Assembly: GCF_009834535.1 (NCBI RefSeq)
Contig: NC_045697.1
Coordinates: forward strand, 19,284,001-19,348,000
Length of the DNA: 64,000 bases
Direction of reading: 5' to 3'
DNA from: Camelus ferus
Taxonomy: Eukaryota
The notes under the pieces are model-generated. The model was not told the origin of the DNA. It worked only from the letters and a program-made list of their open reading frames with translations, and ran no database searches. Shown here piece after piece: positions 12,416 to 24,500 of the stretch (within the stretch, counting starts at the first letter, position 1; each line of letters starts with the position of its first letter). Both the position numbers and the translations under genes were made by a program.

Positions 12416-13279
12416 GCCTGCCTATATCTATATCTTAGAGGGAAAACAAATCAAGTACAGAAGTGGGTAATTGAGGAGGAGAGGTATGAGGAAAGAGGAG
12501 TTTGAATGGCCTCCCAGAAATAAACATTGCAAAGTCAGTCCTTTTCTTAACAGCTCTTGATGCGATATTCCATTATTCACATTCACATCAGCTCATGATT
12601 TCGTGTGTTCGATAGAATCACATTTCAGCTCACCACCTATTTAAGTCCTGGTTTCCTTTTGTCTCCCAATCCTAATCAGGTTTAAGTGACAATTGCTAAG
12701 GACTTATTTCTAGGAGATAAATGAATGCACAGGTGGCGCTGGGCACTGACGAAGTGATTGCTTTCCCAGGACTTGAACTACGAAAGTGCGGGCAACCTTT
12801 ATTATTAGACAGAGACCCCTGAGTGCCAGGTAATACAGAGACAAAGGCAACGCGTTATTTAATTTTGATAGGTTTAAACATTTGCTCCAGTGCACTTCTC
12901 TGTATCAGCAATCATGAGAATAGAACAGGGATTACATTAAATGTTTTTTCTGTCTTCTGAAAGCCTTTTTCTTTTGTAAGTAGCTGGTGTATATGTGTGA
13001 AGGTGGAGGGGCGTTGGAGAGAAATGACAGACGAGGAGCATCAATATGCGGAATAACCTTGACACTTTAATACACTGAAAGGTCAGCAGTAGGTTCTTAT
13101 GTAGTCACGGCGCTGGGACTATTAACTGGTGCAAATGTAGAGGGGGCAGGCCTTGGCTGAGAGAAGATTCCAGCTGCAACAGGAGGAGACAGAGGCAGAA
13201 AGACTGTTGGAAGCAGATTTTCATTCTGCAGAAGGTTATTTGAAAACCCTTATTTTTGCAAAGGTAAGTGAATGATGAT

Positions 13280-13435
13280 GACAGCAGCATTTCACATACG
13301 GATTATTTCTCCAGAATATGAATGTGCAGTGCTTTACATGCGTGATCTCATTTATAAAAATCCTAAGAGGCTGGTACTAGTATTATTTTCATTTTTCAGA
13401 AAACAGACTTAAAAAACTTGTCCAGAAGTCATAGA
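13280..13435 (-). mobile_element. MIR SINE remnant
   Basis: 'gtgctttacatgcgtgatctcattta...tattattttcatttttcagaaaacagactt...aacttgtccagaagtcatag'. Confidence 0.65.
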
Positions 13436-15099
13436 ATCAGTAAGGCAAGGAGGTTCCCATTTGGGAAGAGAGTGTGACTCTTGTTTGGTGGGTTTGGCAA
13501 ATGTAGCCTTTCCCTTGGAGTGCTAAGAAACTCCAATGAATTTGAGAGAACCCGTGCCCCAAATTCAGAGGCACAAAAGTTGACATTAGGATGGGGCAAT
13601 TCCAACCAAGGCCAGCAGTGAGTGCCAACAGAGTCTTTGGAAGATTCACCATCAGACTGGAGATCTGGGACTAATGGGCTGGCCTGGGCACAGTCAGAAA
13701 GGAAGAAGATGACATCATAGTCCTGGATCGTGGCTGCTGGAACCTGGCCTAGAGTTTTTATGGCCCTTCGAAAAGCATCTTCTGTTTTCTTATTGTGGAT
13801 TGTAAGAAAGTGAAAGTGTTTTTCCCTTGTAAAAATAGGACCTTGAACACTTGAAATCAATGGGATTGAAAACTATCAAGCTCTCTTGACACTATTTTCT
13901 GTCTCTCAAGTGGGGATAACATTAGCCCTGGTCACCAGATTGCAGGGAAAACAAGATGAAGGGGTGGGTATGGAAATCACCAAGCAGTGTCAGCTCCGGC
14001 TGTGGTTCCTTGTCACAGAGAGGCTGTGGAGAGTTGGAGGCTCCTAGTAATTGTCATATTCTGTGTACCTCTTCACCTGGGGGTGGTCCTTCCAGCATCA
14101 CTAGACATGGTCACCTCCATTCAACACAGCACAGAAGAGGACTTCTGACACCCGGACTCTTCCATCTGCCTTGGGGTGACGTCACTCCCGGTGCCCTGTC
14201 TTCTCCCACACTTTTATGGGCTCACCCTCTCTGGCCGCTGGCCTCCTTTCTCTGGCCCTTCCTCTCTTTGTCCATCAAGATACATCTGTTTCGTTTCTCT
14301 TTCCCTTGTGGTCCTCTCTCTTTCAGGGCTAAGAATTTTCATAATATGCTTCAGTCTTTAATTAAAAGAAGTTGTCAGTGGGACGGGGCCCAGGAATTTA
14401 GAGGCAGAATATTGTAGCAAGATGGCTCTTTCCAGAGCACCTGACAAAACGCTGATGGCAACTTCCTGTTTTGTGCACTTAAGGCCCAACTGTGCTGAAT
14501 ATCTGTGCAAAACGAGATGGGATAGGGCCCGGCGGCATATTCCTCTGTCACCTCCACACTCGCAGCCTTGACCCCCAGACATGCAAAATGTGACTGGACA
14601 CAAGAGCTTAGCTAGACTCCTGTTTAGGTTTTGGAGAGGGCCTGCTTTTCTGATGTTCAGCCCAGACCAAGCTTCCCCCACTGGAAATTAATAAGCGTGT
14701 TCCAAAGGGAATTTGTAGGTGCTCAAGAAAATGGTGCAGCAACCTCTTCTTGGAGGGATCAGGGAAGGCTTATCAGAGGAAGTGACATCATCTGAAACGG
14801 AAGGAAAAGCATTCCAGAGGGGTGAAGCCTTACAAAGGAAGAGGGAGCTCTAAGAGAGGAGGCCCATCCCAGGGCAGAAGGAGGGGCAGTGGGGCTGGGA
14901 AGGGAGAGTGTGTGTCTGTGGGGAGAGGCTGAGCATCGGGACTAGGCTGGAGACACAGGTGAGTTCTGGTGAGCCCCCAGCTGACTTCTGTTTTTGTTTT
15001 TGTTTTTACCTGGAAGAAAGTGATCTGATTTGCATTTTTAAAAGATTTCTTGGCTCTCCTCTCTTTTCTCCCTACTTTTCTGCTGATGGCTGACAACAG

Positions 15100-15960
15100 C
15101 AGTGGGAGACCCCTGACAGTCCCGGGAGGCCGTGGTGCGGGTCGGTGCACAGGTGGCGACGCGTCAAAAGCCCCTTAGTAGCATCTGATTTTCACGCCCT
15201 CCCCCCACATCCCCATCTGCCTTAATTTTCTTTCTGCAAATTGTAAATCGGTAAAATATTACCTCAAGGCCTAAGATACCAAAGGCAATTTAATGTTGTG
15301 AAAAGTAAGGGGCGTCTTTGCTGTTCTGACATTTATTCTGCCCGGGCTCGTTATTTTTCCTAATGAACGTGTCTTTCTCTCCTTCCGCTTATCGGGTCTA
15401 ACACGTGCCATTTACCACCTCCGACCTGCTGATTAGGGGGCTGGGCACGGGCTTACATCACTGTCAGGGAAGAAGAGGAAATGTGGCAAAGTAAATGGCA
15501 AGATGTTGCCACGAAAGCGAGCAGAAAATCTGCAGTGCTTAGGAGAACGCGGGGCCCAAATGAAATTCCGCGGCTCCGGGCGGGCGAGGCGCGGCTGAGA
15601 CCCCGGCGAGGTGCGCGGAGCCACGTGACCGATTATTCAAATAGGCCGATGATTAACTCGGTTTATATTGATGCAAATAATCCTGCCGGAGCCGGCAAAG
15701 GCTAATGCATTTTGGAACTGTGGTTTTCCATTGATAGCACAAAATAGTGTAGAGCAAAGCCATTTTCATAATATTAATAATGGAATTACAGAATCAGGTC
15801 ACTTAAAGGAACGGCGCTGACTCAGCGAAAGCAGCGTCGGCTTGCATGTGGAGATTAACACCGAGCAAAAGGAAACACAAACTTCTGCAGCTGTCTCATG
15901 GCATAAAACACACGTCCCTTACCGCTTTCTTTTTAAAAGAGAATGAGCTTTAAAAATGGC
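15100..15960. promoter_or_regulatory. Small orphan CpG island plus motif-dense candidate enhancer/promoter
   Basis: About 19 CpGs in 15541-15700 by my hand count. GC box at ~15578, E-box CACGTGAC at 15622, octamer ATGCAAAT at 15671-15678, MARE/AP-1 GCTGACTCAGC at 15816-15826. No repeat similarity seen. Confidence 0.6.
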
Positions 15961-16641
15961 TCGAGCTAAGTAAGTACAATTCTCAGATGAATTTATTGCA
16001 AAGGAAAGAACTGTCCAGCGTGCTGAGACAGCTTCCTCTGAGGGTTTTCCCCTTTTATTCTTTGATTAAATATTGGGTGTACCTACCTTGCCCAAGCTCT
16101 GGTTTAACGCCCACGTCCTGGAACAATGTCTATAAATGCTTCCTGAACAAGTGGTTAAAGTTGCAAACAAGGAGCCACCAATGCCCTCTAAAGGGATGAA
16201 TATGTTTGCCAGTGAAGATCCAGTCAGAGGGGAATTTCTAGGGTGAACTCTCAGGATCTTCAGCTGGGTAGAGTGAGCCAAGGTGAATTCCTGGGGGCCT
16301 TGGCGAACCAGCCAGAAATGGAATATTATGCAAATACTGAAGATCATATTGAAGGGATAGGAAGAAAATTTCATGTATGTTAAATGAAGAAGCAGTTTAC
16401 AAGTATTTTTAAGAGAAAGCCAGGGGCTACTGTCATGCCCATTTGTCCAGCCCAGTTCAACCCAGCCTTTTAGAGTCTTGGTGACTTCTTAATAGTGTAC
16501 GAGCACCCCTGGTAAGAAGCCAACTGCTTCTCCTTCAGAAATACCTCTTCTCAGGCAAAGGAGGCGACTGGGGAAGAATTACAGGGCAAAAAGGGACTTG
16601 GAAGGGAATCAAAAGCTGCTAGAAGTTAATGCATGTCATGC

Positions 16642-16775
16642 TTTTTTTTTTACAGAGAAACTGTGGCAAAATATACATAACAGAAAATCAAGCATTTAAA
16701 CTATTTTAAAGTGTACATTTAGCAGTATTTATACATTCACGATGTGCAAGCATCATCAACACTCTTTCCTAGTTT
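16642..16775 (-). mobile_element. LINE-1 3' terminal fragment
   Basis: Poly-T followed by 'aaaatatacataacagaaaat...ttttaaagtgtacatttagcagtatttatacattcacgatgtgcaagcatcatca'. Confidence 0.75.
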
Positions 16776-17069
16776 TGAGGTTCTTTGCAAATTGAGAAAC
16801 TTTCCTTTAATATATGCATATGAGGAATTGTAATAAGGCTGAAGGCCTGTTAAACACAGGCTAGTCTAGACTGATCTCCATGCATCAGGCAATGAGCTGA
16901 GTTATCGGCCTCCCCAGCCACTAGGAGCAGAGCCACGCTGGGACAGGGTGGTGGGATGGAGAGCTAGATCAGTCATCTTGCTTGTATCTGTCTCTTTCTT
17001 TCACTTTCCTGGGTTGTTACCACAGCTGGATCATGTATGGAGTACTGGAGGAGGTCATTGGGAGGACAA

Positions 17070-17408
17070 GACTGCAGGTTGACCCCATGAGCTAGACCTA
17101 TCCTTGGAATGGACTTTCTGCTCACTGTTTCCACAGTGGAAACCCTTTGCAAGGACACAGCCTGCAAAGAGCAATGTGTTGTAGAGAACACCTGGGTAGC
17201 ACATGTGCTTGAACCCCATTAAAGACTCTAGATAAACTTATAAGATTCTGACTGGAGTGTGCAGAGATCTATTCATCTTACAGCACTCAAGTCTCATATA
17301 TAAGTCCTCTTACTTATTAAATCTCCACCTGCCACTCTGGAGTGGCTGCCTCTTTCTCGGGTCCCTCCTTGCTCTCCGTATATGGGGAGCCAGTTTCAGA
17401 TGTTACCA
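17070..17408 (+). mobile_element. ERV-type solo LTR (family uncertain)
   Basis: LTR-like 3' layout 'attaaatctccacctgccactctggagtggctgcctctttctcgggtccctccttgctctccgtatatggggagccagtttcaga...cca'. The 5' boundary is uncertain. Confidence 0.5.
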
Positions 17409-18639
17409 AAGATGCTCCAGAGGTTTTGGACCAACATGGCAGGAGCTGCTCTCTCCCTATCTGGGAATGTGCCCAGTGATGTCCATCTTTCTTTGCTCAG
17501 GCCAGGCCCTGAGTTGGGTTGTGAATGATGGGAAGAAATGGTAGTAAGTACCTCGCTGGAATTCTCTTGTCACGAAATGCATCTAAGCCGAGAAAGTGCA
17601 GAATCCTATACCCACCCAGATTGTCTGAGGGCAGAGGGAAAGGAGTAGGTGAGGGGATAACCCAAAAGGTGAAAGAGGGGTTTAATCTCCTGGGAATGTT
17701 CCTCCTGCTGTCCTGCACAGAGGGAAGTGTTTATATTAGGGATGCTTTAAAAAAAAAAAAAACATTTTGTCTTCCTTCCTCCTTCATTGTCACGATCTGT
17801 GGTTGTTGTTTTGTTTTTGTTAATGCTCCTGTTGGGGGCTCTGGATAAACATTTCACCTGGCTGTGCTACTGGTACACCCTTGGTTGCTACTCAGTCCCC
17901 TGGTAGCTTTGCTAACACTAGTTTAACCACCTTCAGGGTAATGGGAGCACTGGGCTCTCTATTTTTAGCAACCAGAGTAGAATGCAGTAAACAAAGGGTG
18001 ATAAATAACTCTTGATACTAAACGTTTCACAATAATATGAAAAACTTCTGCCTTAAACTTGGACATTCTTTTCAACTTTTTTTGTTTTTTTGTTTTTGTT
18101 TTTTCCTGGTCAGACAAATTGGCTAAGTTGGGGTGGGCGGATGTAGCTCTCATCAGCCCTGGATAGATTTCCCGGTGGCTCGCCCAACGAGGCGTGCAGA
18201 ATTTCCGGCTGTGGTCTTCTGCACACATTCATCAGGGAGCAGGCAGGGGGAATGTGGCTGGCAGAAGCAGCCCAGGAGAAAGTATTCACCTTTGTGAGGA
18301 AATAATTCTCAGCCCCTGGAGCAGCCTGGATGTAATATCAAAGTCCCCACCAGGAATCTCCACTGGGCTGATTTATTTACCCTTGAACACGAGCTTTGGG
18401 GGAGGATTGCAAGCTCGCAGCGATTAAGGAGGGGCTCTCTGATGACAGGGAAGGAGTGCTGGTGGCACTGCCAGGGGACTTTGTACGTGGGGCAGGTGTC
18501 TTGGTGGTGAGGCCACTGCACCGGGTCCTGGGAGGTGGAGGGCTGATTAGATTTGCTGGGGTGACATTTGAACTGATTCTCACTCTGATGGGTAAGGCCA
18601 TACTTTTCATTCTAAGGGAGGTTCACAGATCTGACTACG

Positions 18640-18948
18640 TTTTTTTTTTTTTTAATTAATGGACTTTATTTCTCAGAGCAGTTTTCAGTTTGTAGAAAAA
18701 ATTGCACAGAAAAGTATAGCAAGTTCTCACAGATGGCACTCCTGGTCCCACCTCCACCAGTTTCCCCTATTATGCACTTCTTGCATTAATGTGCATTTGT
18801 TACAGTTGGTGAACTGATACCGATACACTGTTACTACTGAAGTCCATGGTTTACACCCGGGTTCACCACGCTGTAAAGTTCTATAGGTTTTGTCAGATGC
18901 GCAGTGTCCTCTATTGACCATTACAGCATCTTTCAAGAGGAATCACCT
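18640..18948 (-). mobile_element. LINE-1 3'UTR (L1MC-like)
   Basis: Poly-T then 'gactttatttctcagagcagttttcagtttgtagaaaaattgcacagaaaagtatag...catttgttacagttggtgaac...aagtccatggtttacac'. Confidence 0.85.
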
Positions 18949-20074
18949 TTCCCTGGAGCAATGGTGCCCTCCTGGGAGTGCCCACTGCTCCTCCAAGCAG
19001 TGCCTAGACTCTGGTGGAGCCCTTGTGGGCTGGCGAAGGGGACACGATTGCCAGGCTTTCTGAGAACAGTGTCGCTCGTCCCTGTCCAATGGGGAAAGAA
19101 GAGCTGGTCTCAGACAAAAGGCAAGATCACTAACCCCTAAAAGAGGTTTGTTCTGAAACAGGTGAGGATGCTGCCTGCATCTCCATCTCCTGGCCAGATA
19201 ACCCTGCCTACCAACCTTTGGGTTCACAGTTCCTTTGGGTGTTGGGAGGGTGTGTATGTATTCACATGGGGCTGTTTGATGATGCCAAGCAGTCCTGTTG
19301 CATGGACAGGTGTTACTCCGGCTGGGCAGTTAGTGGCCGAGGAGCTGGCCCTCTGCTACACTGACCAGAACCACGGGTCCCATGGAGGCAGTGGTCATCA
19401 CTAGCCATGAGGACTCAGCTTCACGTGGCTGCTGGGCCTTGACAAACCCTCTGCAGTGGTCCTTCCCTGGGCCACCTCACTCTGCTTGTCCTGGGCAGAG
19501 GCTCCGCTTTTTTCTAGGGCAACGTTCTGGGACCAGCCACCAAGGTGCACAGTTGTGGGGTTGCTGTGGTACCGCTGGAGCTCTCCTGGGACCTGGCCCA
19601 GCATCTGCCTGGTTCCTTCATCCTTCAAGAAGCAATTTCCCTCTTTTCTTTCTCAGTGGAGCCCATCAAGAAGGGGCAAGGCGAGCAGACTTTGGGAGTA
19701 GAGACATCTAATAGCCTTGTTTGAAACTGTCCTTTTTAATACTGAAACTTCTTGATGTTTTGTTCAGACCTTCAGTCCAGACTTACCAGACACCACAGTC
19801 TGTGTCTCCTGTGCTTGGAGGAGAACTAGGAAGAGGGTGTGTCCCCTGCTTGGAGCATAGTGGAAAGGAGAGAGGGTGATGGCTTGGTTACAGGATAGCA
19901 GAAGGGGAGTAGAAGAGACGCCTGCTCAGAGCATGGGGGCTGCTAAGCTGTAGCTTGTCTTTTGCAGCAGAGGGATGCTTGTGAAGAAATCTGAAGAGAG
20001 GAGAATCCCATAGAAGCCATAGCATGGGGGCTCGGATTACATTGGATGGGTATTGAACTGTGATCTCTGAAGTC

Positions 20075-20810
20075 TGGAGACCCTTATCTACCCATTTTAC
20101 TGATGAGAAAACAGGTTCAGAGATGTTAGAAAACAACCAAGGACACGTGCTACTAAAGCCAGGAGCTGAGATTTGAAGCCGGGACTACTGACTTGCAGAG
20201 GCTCGGGTTATCCCACTGCATTCTGATGGCTTCTTACAGTTGACTGGGGCAACAAGCGGAGGTGGGATATTCCCGAGGCCTTAAAAAGCAGGTTAATGAA
20301 AGGAGCAAACGCCCCGAAGCTGGACATCATGGAAAGAGCGGAGAGCACTTACTATGCGCCCGGAGAGTTCCAAGAGCTTTGTTCTCCATGAATTGACTCA
20401 TTAAGTTCTGAAAAGAACTGTGTCATTTATCATTATCTTTATTACCCCATTTTATGATGAGGAAACAGAGTTTCAGAGAAGTTAGGTAGTTCGCCCAAGG
20501 GAGTAGGTCCAGAGCCTTATTCTGAGCTACTGGAAGCTTGGTCCGGGCTGAAGCATAACAATGTAATTTGCTGTTGACTGAGCCCAACTGCACGTGGGGC
20601 CCGTGCCAGACACCTGCACACATTCTTAAATTTAAGCCTCACCCCACATCTATAAGGAAAGCATATGCATTTCACTTTGACAGATGGAGAAACTGAGGCT
20701 CAGAGAGGTCAAACAACTGATGCTCAGCCACACAGCTCATAAGTGGCAGAGCTGGGGCTTGGACCCTGACCGGCTGGAATTAAAAGTTTGGGCTCCTCTT
20801 TCTCCTATGC
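20075..20810 (-). mobile_element. Cluster of three MIR SINE remnants
   Basis: Three antisense cores: 'cccattttactgatgagaaaacaggttcagaga' (~20090), 'ccccattttatgatgaggaaacagagtttcagagaagttagg' (~20445) and 'tttgacagatggagaaactgaggctcagagaggtc' (~20677). Confidence 0.85.
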
Positions 20811-20854
20811 TGGCAGCTTGCATACCTGAAAACACAGCTGAATAACCCCCTGGG

Positions 20855-20950
20855 GAGCATTTATAAAATCCAGAGGCCCTCAGCCCTACCTCTGGATACA
20901 GATTCCTGGGAACCTGCATTTTCTAGAAGCCTTCCTGCCTGGTGCTGCTG
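20855..20950. mobile_element. MER5-family MITE fragment
   Basis: 'ccctggggagcatttataaaatccagaggccctcagccctacc...gggaacctgcattttctagaagc'. Confidence 0.55.
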
Positions 20951-22137
20951 CAGCCCCTCAGCTGTTCCTGCTGTCTCATCAGGTGTCCCCGTGCAGTCCC
21001 CTTCCAGCAGCATCACATTCTGGTTGGCATGCAGGCTGCCCTGCAGCGTTGTCATGTGGCCCCTTCCAGTGAATGAGATCCCCCAGATCATTTGAGTTGT
21101 TGTGGGAATCTGAATCCCCCAAGAGCCACTCCCCTGGGAAGCCAGCCCATAAAGAGAAGCCACTTTATTGACTTTTCACAAGGGTCTGGGGCACGGGGCA
21201 CTCCCATCCCTTCTGCACATCTTGTCTCCTATCCTCCTGTCTGTAGGGGGACCCCGAGGAGACCCAGATACCACCCAGAAGGGGCATTGGTGAGTCTGAG
21301 CCACGGCCTTCATCTTGGTCAGTGTCCGTCAGCCCTGGCTGCACATAGGCTGGCTTTGGGGGAACTTTTGAAAGAAGACGAATGCCTGCTGCACCCCAAA
21401 CTAATCAAATGCAAATCTCTGAGGGTAGCGATAGGAAATGGGTATTTTTAAAAAGCTCTGTGGGTGACTGATGCAGGGGCTGGGTTGCAAACTGCTGACT
21501 GCAGGAAGCTAATATTTAGTGCTATTTATTCCTTTGAGTTTTCTTTGCTTTATCAAGTCCTGTGGGTTAAATTAAAAAAAAATTTAGCTGATAAACTTAA
21601 TTATTTTTTTTATTGCAGAGAAATCCCATATACCCCCCTCCACACACACACACAACCCCCATCAAATGCTCTTTTCAATCCAAGTTTGCATAACTTGAAA
21701 TAACCAAAGGATAACTCTCAGATTTCCTCTCTTGGAAAGATGCTCCTTCAAGTTTTTAGCTCAGGCACAGCCCTAGTGTTGGCAGAAGTTTCAGGGCACC
21801 CGCTTGAGGGAATGGCTGAATCCCTAGCTTCTCTGTGGCCACAGCGTCAGGCTGTGCTGGCTGTTCCTTCTACCTGGCTGAAGAAGGCTTGCAGGATTCC
21901 TCTGGTAGATGCTCTGTGGGTGAAAACGTCCTGTCTCATGGACGAACCTGCCAGGCATTCCGCGTGAGCGAGCATATAGAAAAGGGTTTTGAAATAGATT
22001 TTAAAAGAATCATGTTCAAATCCCCTTGAAACAATTTCTTCCATCCCCACTGTTGCCCCCGTTTCTTTTCAAAATTCTCTTCAGCTCTAGGAAAATCTTT
22101 TTAGCTTATTTTTCAGCTTCATAAATATAAAAACATT

Positions 22138-22152
22138 TCACTAGGGGGCGCT
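22138..22152 (+). promoter_or_regulatory. Candidate CTCF binding site
   Basis: TCACTAGGGGGCGCT is one mismatch from the canonical CCACTAGGGGGCGCT core. It sits in AT-rich unique sequence and keeps its CpG. Confidence 0.55.
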
Positions 22153-22394
22153 TCAGGACTGAGTAAGAAAGAAAGAAAAAAAAAAACCCCAGCAAGTTGG
22201 TGACAATAGATTTCATTTCATCATTAGCGAGGTAAACAGTCCTGCACAGAACAAAATATAAAAAATACGTAAGGAATTAAATATGTATTTAGTCGAAACT
22301 GTGACTCAGTTTCTGTGGGTTGTTTTCTTGAAACTGGACATGGGAGGAAAGTGGCATTCTTGGACTTCCTGGTAATTTTGACTTGACTATTAGA

Positions 22395-22451
<57 letters not shown>
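22395..22451. repeat. (AAT)19 perfect trinucleotide microsatellite
   Basis: Directly visible; it produces the poly-Ile in ORF 22224..22532(-). Confidence 0.97.
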
Positions 22452-22452
<1 letters not shown>

Positions 22453-22654
22453 GTCCCTTTATATGATTTCAGATGGACACTATGCTCACTGCTGTGCTTT
22501 AGTGCAGCTGAGTGTTTGAAGTTTTTACCCAAATTTGTGTTTGAGAAACACCATCTTTCTCAACATTCACGGAGAGCATTAATGTGGAGCGATCCGCTCC
22601 CTGCTGCAGGATTAAGGATTGTCTGCAGAGAAGCGGGGAAAGGCTGCAGGTGCT

Positions 22655-22800
22655 TCAGAGCCTGAGTTCTGGACCTGGACTCCTATCCAGTGGTCTGACC
22701 TTGAGGAAGTCACTGCTCCTCTTTGGATGTCAACATCCTAATTTGTAAAATGGCAGTATCAGAGAAGGAGATATTTAAGATCCCTTTCCAACCAAACATG
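22655..22800 (+). mobile_element. MIR/MIR3 remnant
   Basis: 'tgaccttgaggaagtcactgctcctctttggatgtcaacatcctaatttgtaaaatgg...taagatccctttcca'. Confidence 0.6.
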
Positions 22801-22964
22801 CTATAAGAATCTCCCAGGCTGTCTCCTTGTGGTTGGATTGTTCACACTGCATTGCTCCTGAACTTCAGCATGAACAGTTAACCAACGGCAGCTCCTGGGA
22901 GAAAGACAGAGACTGAGGAGGGGTGTGGGTCCCAGGGCTATACTCACTGGCCATCTTTAGGAGG

Positions 22965-23347
22965 TGAGTGGGTTGAATCGTGTTGAATCCCCAGTCCCTG
23001 GGAATGAAGGGCAGTGCTGTGCCTGTGCCCTTACTTGGAGATGGGGTCTATGCACTATTTAAACAGGATCAAGTTAAGGTGAGGTCACCAGGGTGGGCTT
23101 TAATCCAGTATGACTGGTGTCCTTATAAAAAGGGGAAATTGGAGCACAGAGACACAGAGAGGGAGGGCACTGCGTGAAGATGAAGGCAGGGATGGGGTGG
23201 TGCTTTACAAGCCAAGGAGCACCGGAAGAACTCCAGCGATCCTCCAGGAGCTGGGAGAGAGGCCCGGGACAGGCTCCCTCCCAGCCTGTGGGAGGGACCA
23301 GCCCCGCCCACACCTTGATCTGACAGTGGCAGCCCTAGCAAACCCAT
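22965..23347 (+). mobile_element. MaLR solo LTR (MLT1B/C-like, internally deleted)
   Basis: 'aagttaaggtgaggtcaccagggtgggctttaatccagtatgactggtgtccttataaaaagggg...caagccaaggagcacc...cacaccttgatc' jumps directly to 'ggcagccctagcaaac'. Confidence 0.88.
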
Positions 23348-24289
23348 CCCGGAGGACAGTTCACCTGGAAGGAGGAGATTAATGGAGATGATAGACAGGA
23401 GAGCCTCTAGCACACGGGGCCTGGCAGCTGGCGTTCTGCAGATGCTAGTTACAAAGAAGGAATGAAGGAAGGAGGAAGGGGAGGACGGAGGGATGAGGAA
23501 GGAGACTCCTGGAATTAAGGACCTGTTAGGGGAAAGGAATTTTAGGTATTTCTCTTCAGTTCTTGCTAACAACCATTTTGCTGCTGAGGGAATGGGGGCT
23601 CCCAGAGGCTATCATTTGCTGAAGGTCACAGCTAGAAGTGTTAGCTGCAAACTGGCCTGACTCCAAAATCTCTGCTCGTTATGCCCAGCTATGCTCACGG
23701 TTAGGGCCAGGTGTTGTTCATCCTGCATGGTAAACCTCATTCATTCATTCATCTTGTTCAGACACAGAAAGACATGGAGTGGGGTCCATCCCAGAGAGTC
23801 AAAGACAGACTCAGATCCATGAAGTCGTGGTATTTCTAGAATGGTTGAGGTTAACGGTCCAGAATATTTTTCACTGCTGCAGGCCAGAGTGAGGTGGTTT
23901 GGGAAAAGCAGATCTCAGAAGCCAAACTATGAGTTCATGAGAGTGAAACACTTAGTTATCACACATCTCCAGCTTCTTCCCTAAATAAACGTGCCCCTAC
24001 CCTGTTCTAAAGGTCATTGTCAGATGACTCAAAACCAGGCTCATTCCAGGCTCATCCCTGAGGAGCCCAACTCAGTCCTGCTCTGGTCCTTCTCCTCTGA
24101 GTCCTCTCCGTCCTCATCCTCATCCTTCTGTCCCTTCCCACACCGCTCACTCCATCCCCACCCTAGTCCAGGTAAACATTCACCTGGAATTTCTCTTGCA
24201 CCAGAGCTGTGGCTGCAGAGGCGGGCTCAAGAGGGAGCCCTCGCAGGCATGCAGGTGATGACAGTATTGTGGGTTACGCACAAGATGCA

Positions 24290-24500
24290 AAGGGTGTGAG
24301 GTAAGACACTTAGATGGGACTATCCAGGAAAGCTTCCTGGAGGAAGGGTGACAAATAGTGTCTTTGGAGAATGACAAGTGACAAGGTGTTCCAGGCTCAG
24401 TGAAGAGCATGGGCACGGGCCTGGAGGCCTGAATAGCAAAGCCAGTGTGGGCAGTTGGAAATGATGGTCACAAAGCAGGAGAGGAGGAAGGGAGGGAGAG
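24290..24500 (-). mobile_element. L2 fragment
   Basis: 'ccaggaaagcttcctggaggaagggtgaca...gttccaggctcagtgaagagcatgggcacgggcctggagg'. Confidence 0.6.

Noticed and set aside
12726..15158. Identical 13-mer TGCACAGGTGGCG at 12726-12738 and 15146-15158
   Set aside because: A few shared 13-mers are expected by chance in 64 kb. The flanks are unrelated and the CTCF match is weak at the 5' side.
22224..22532. ORF with a poly-isoleucine run resembling a transmembrane segment
   Set aside because: It is the translation of the (AAT)19 microsatellite.
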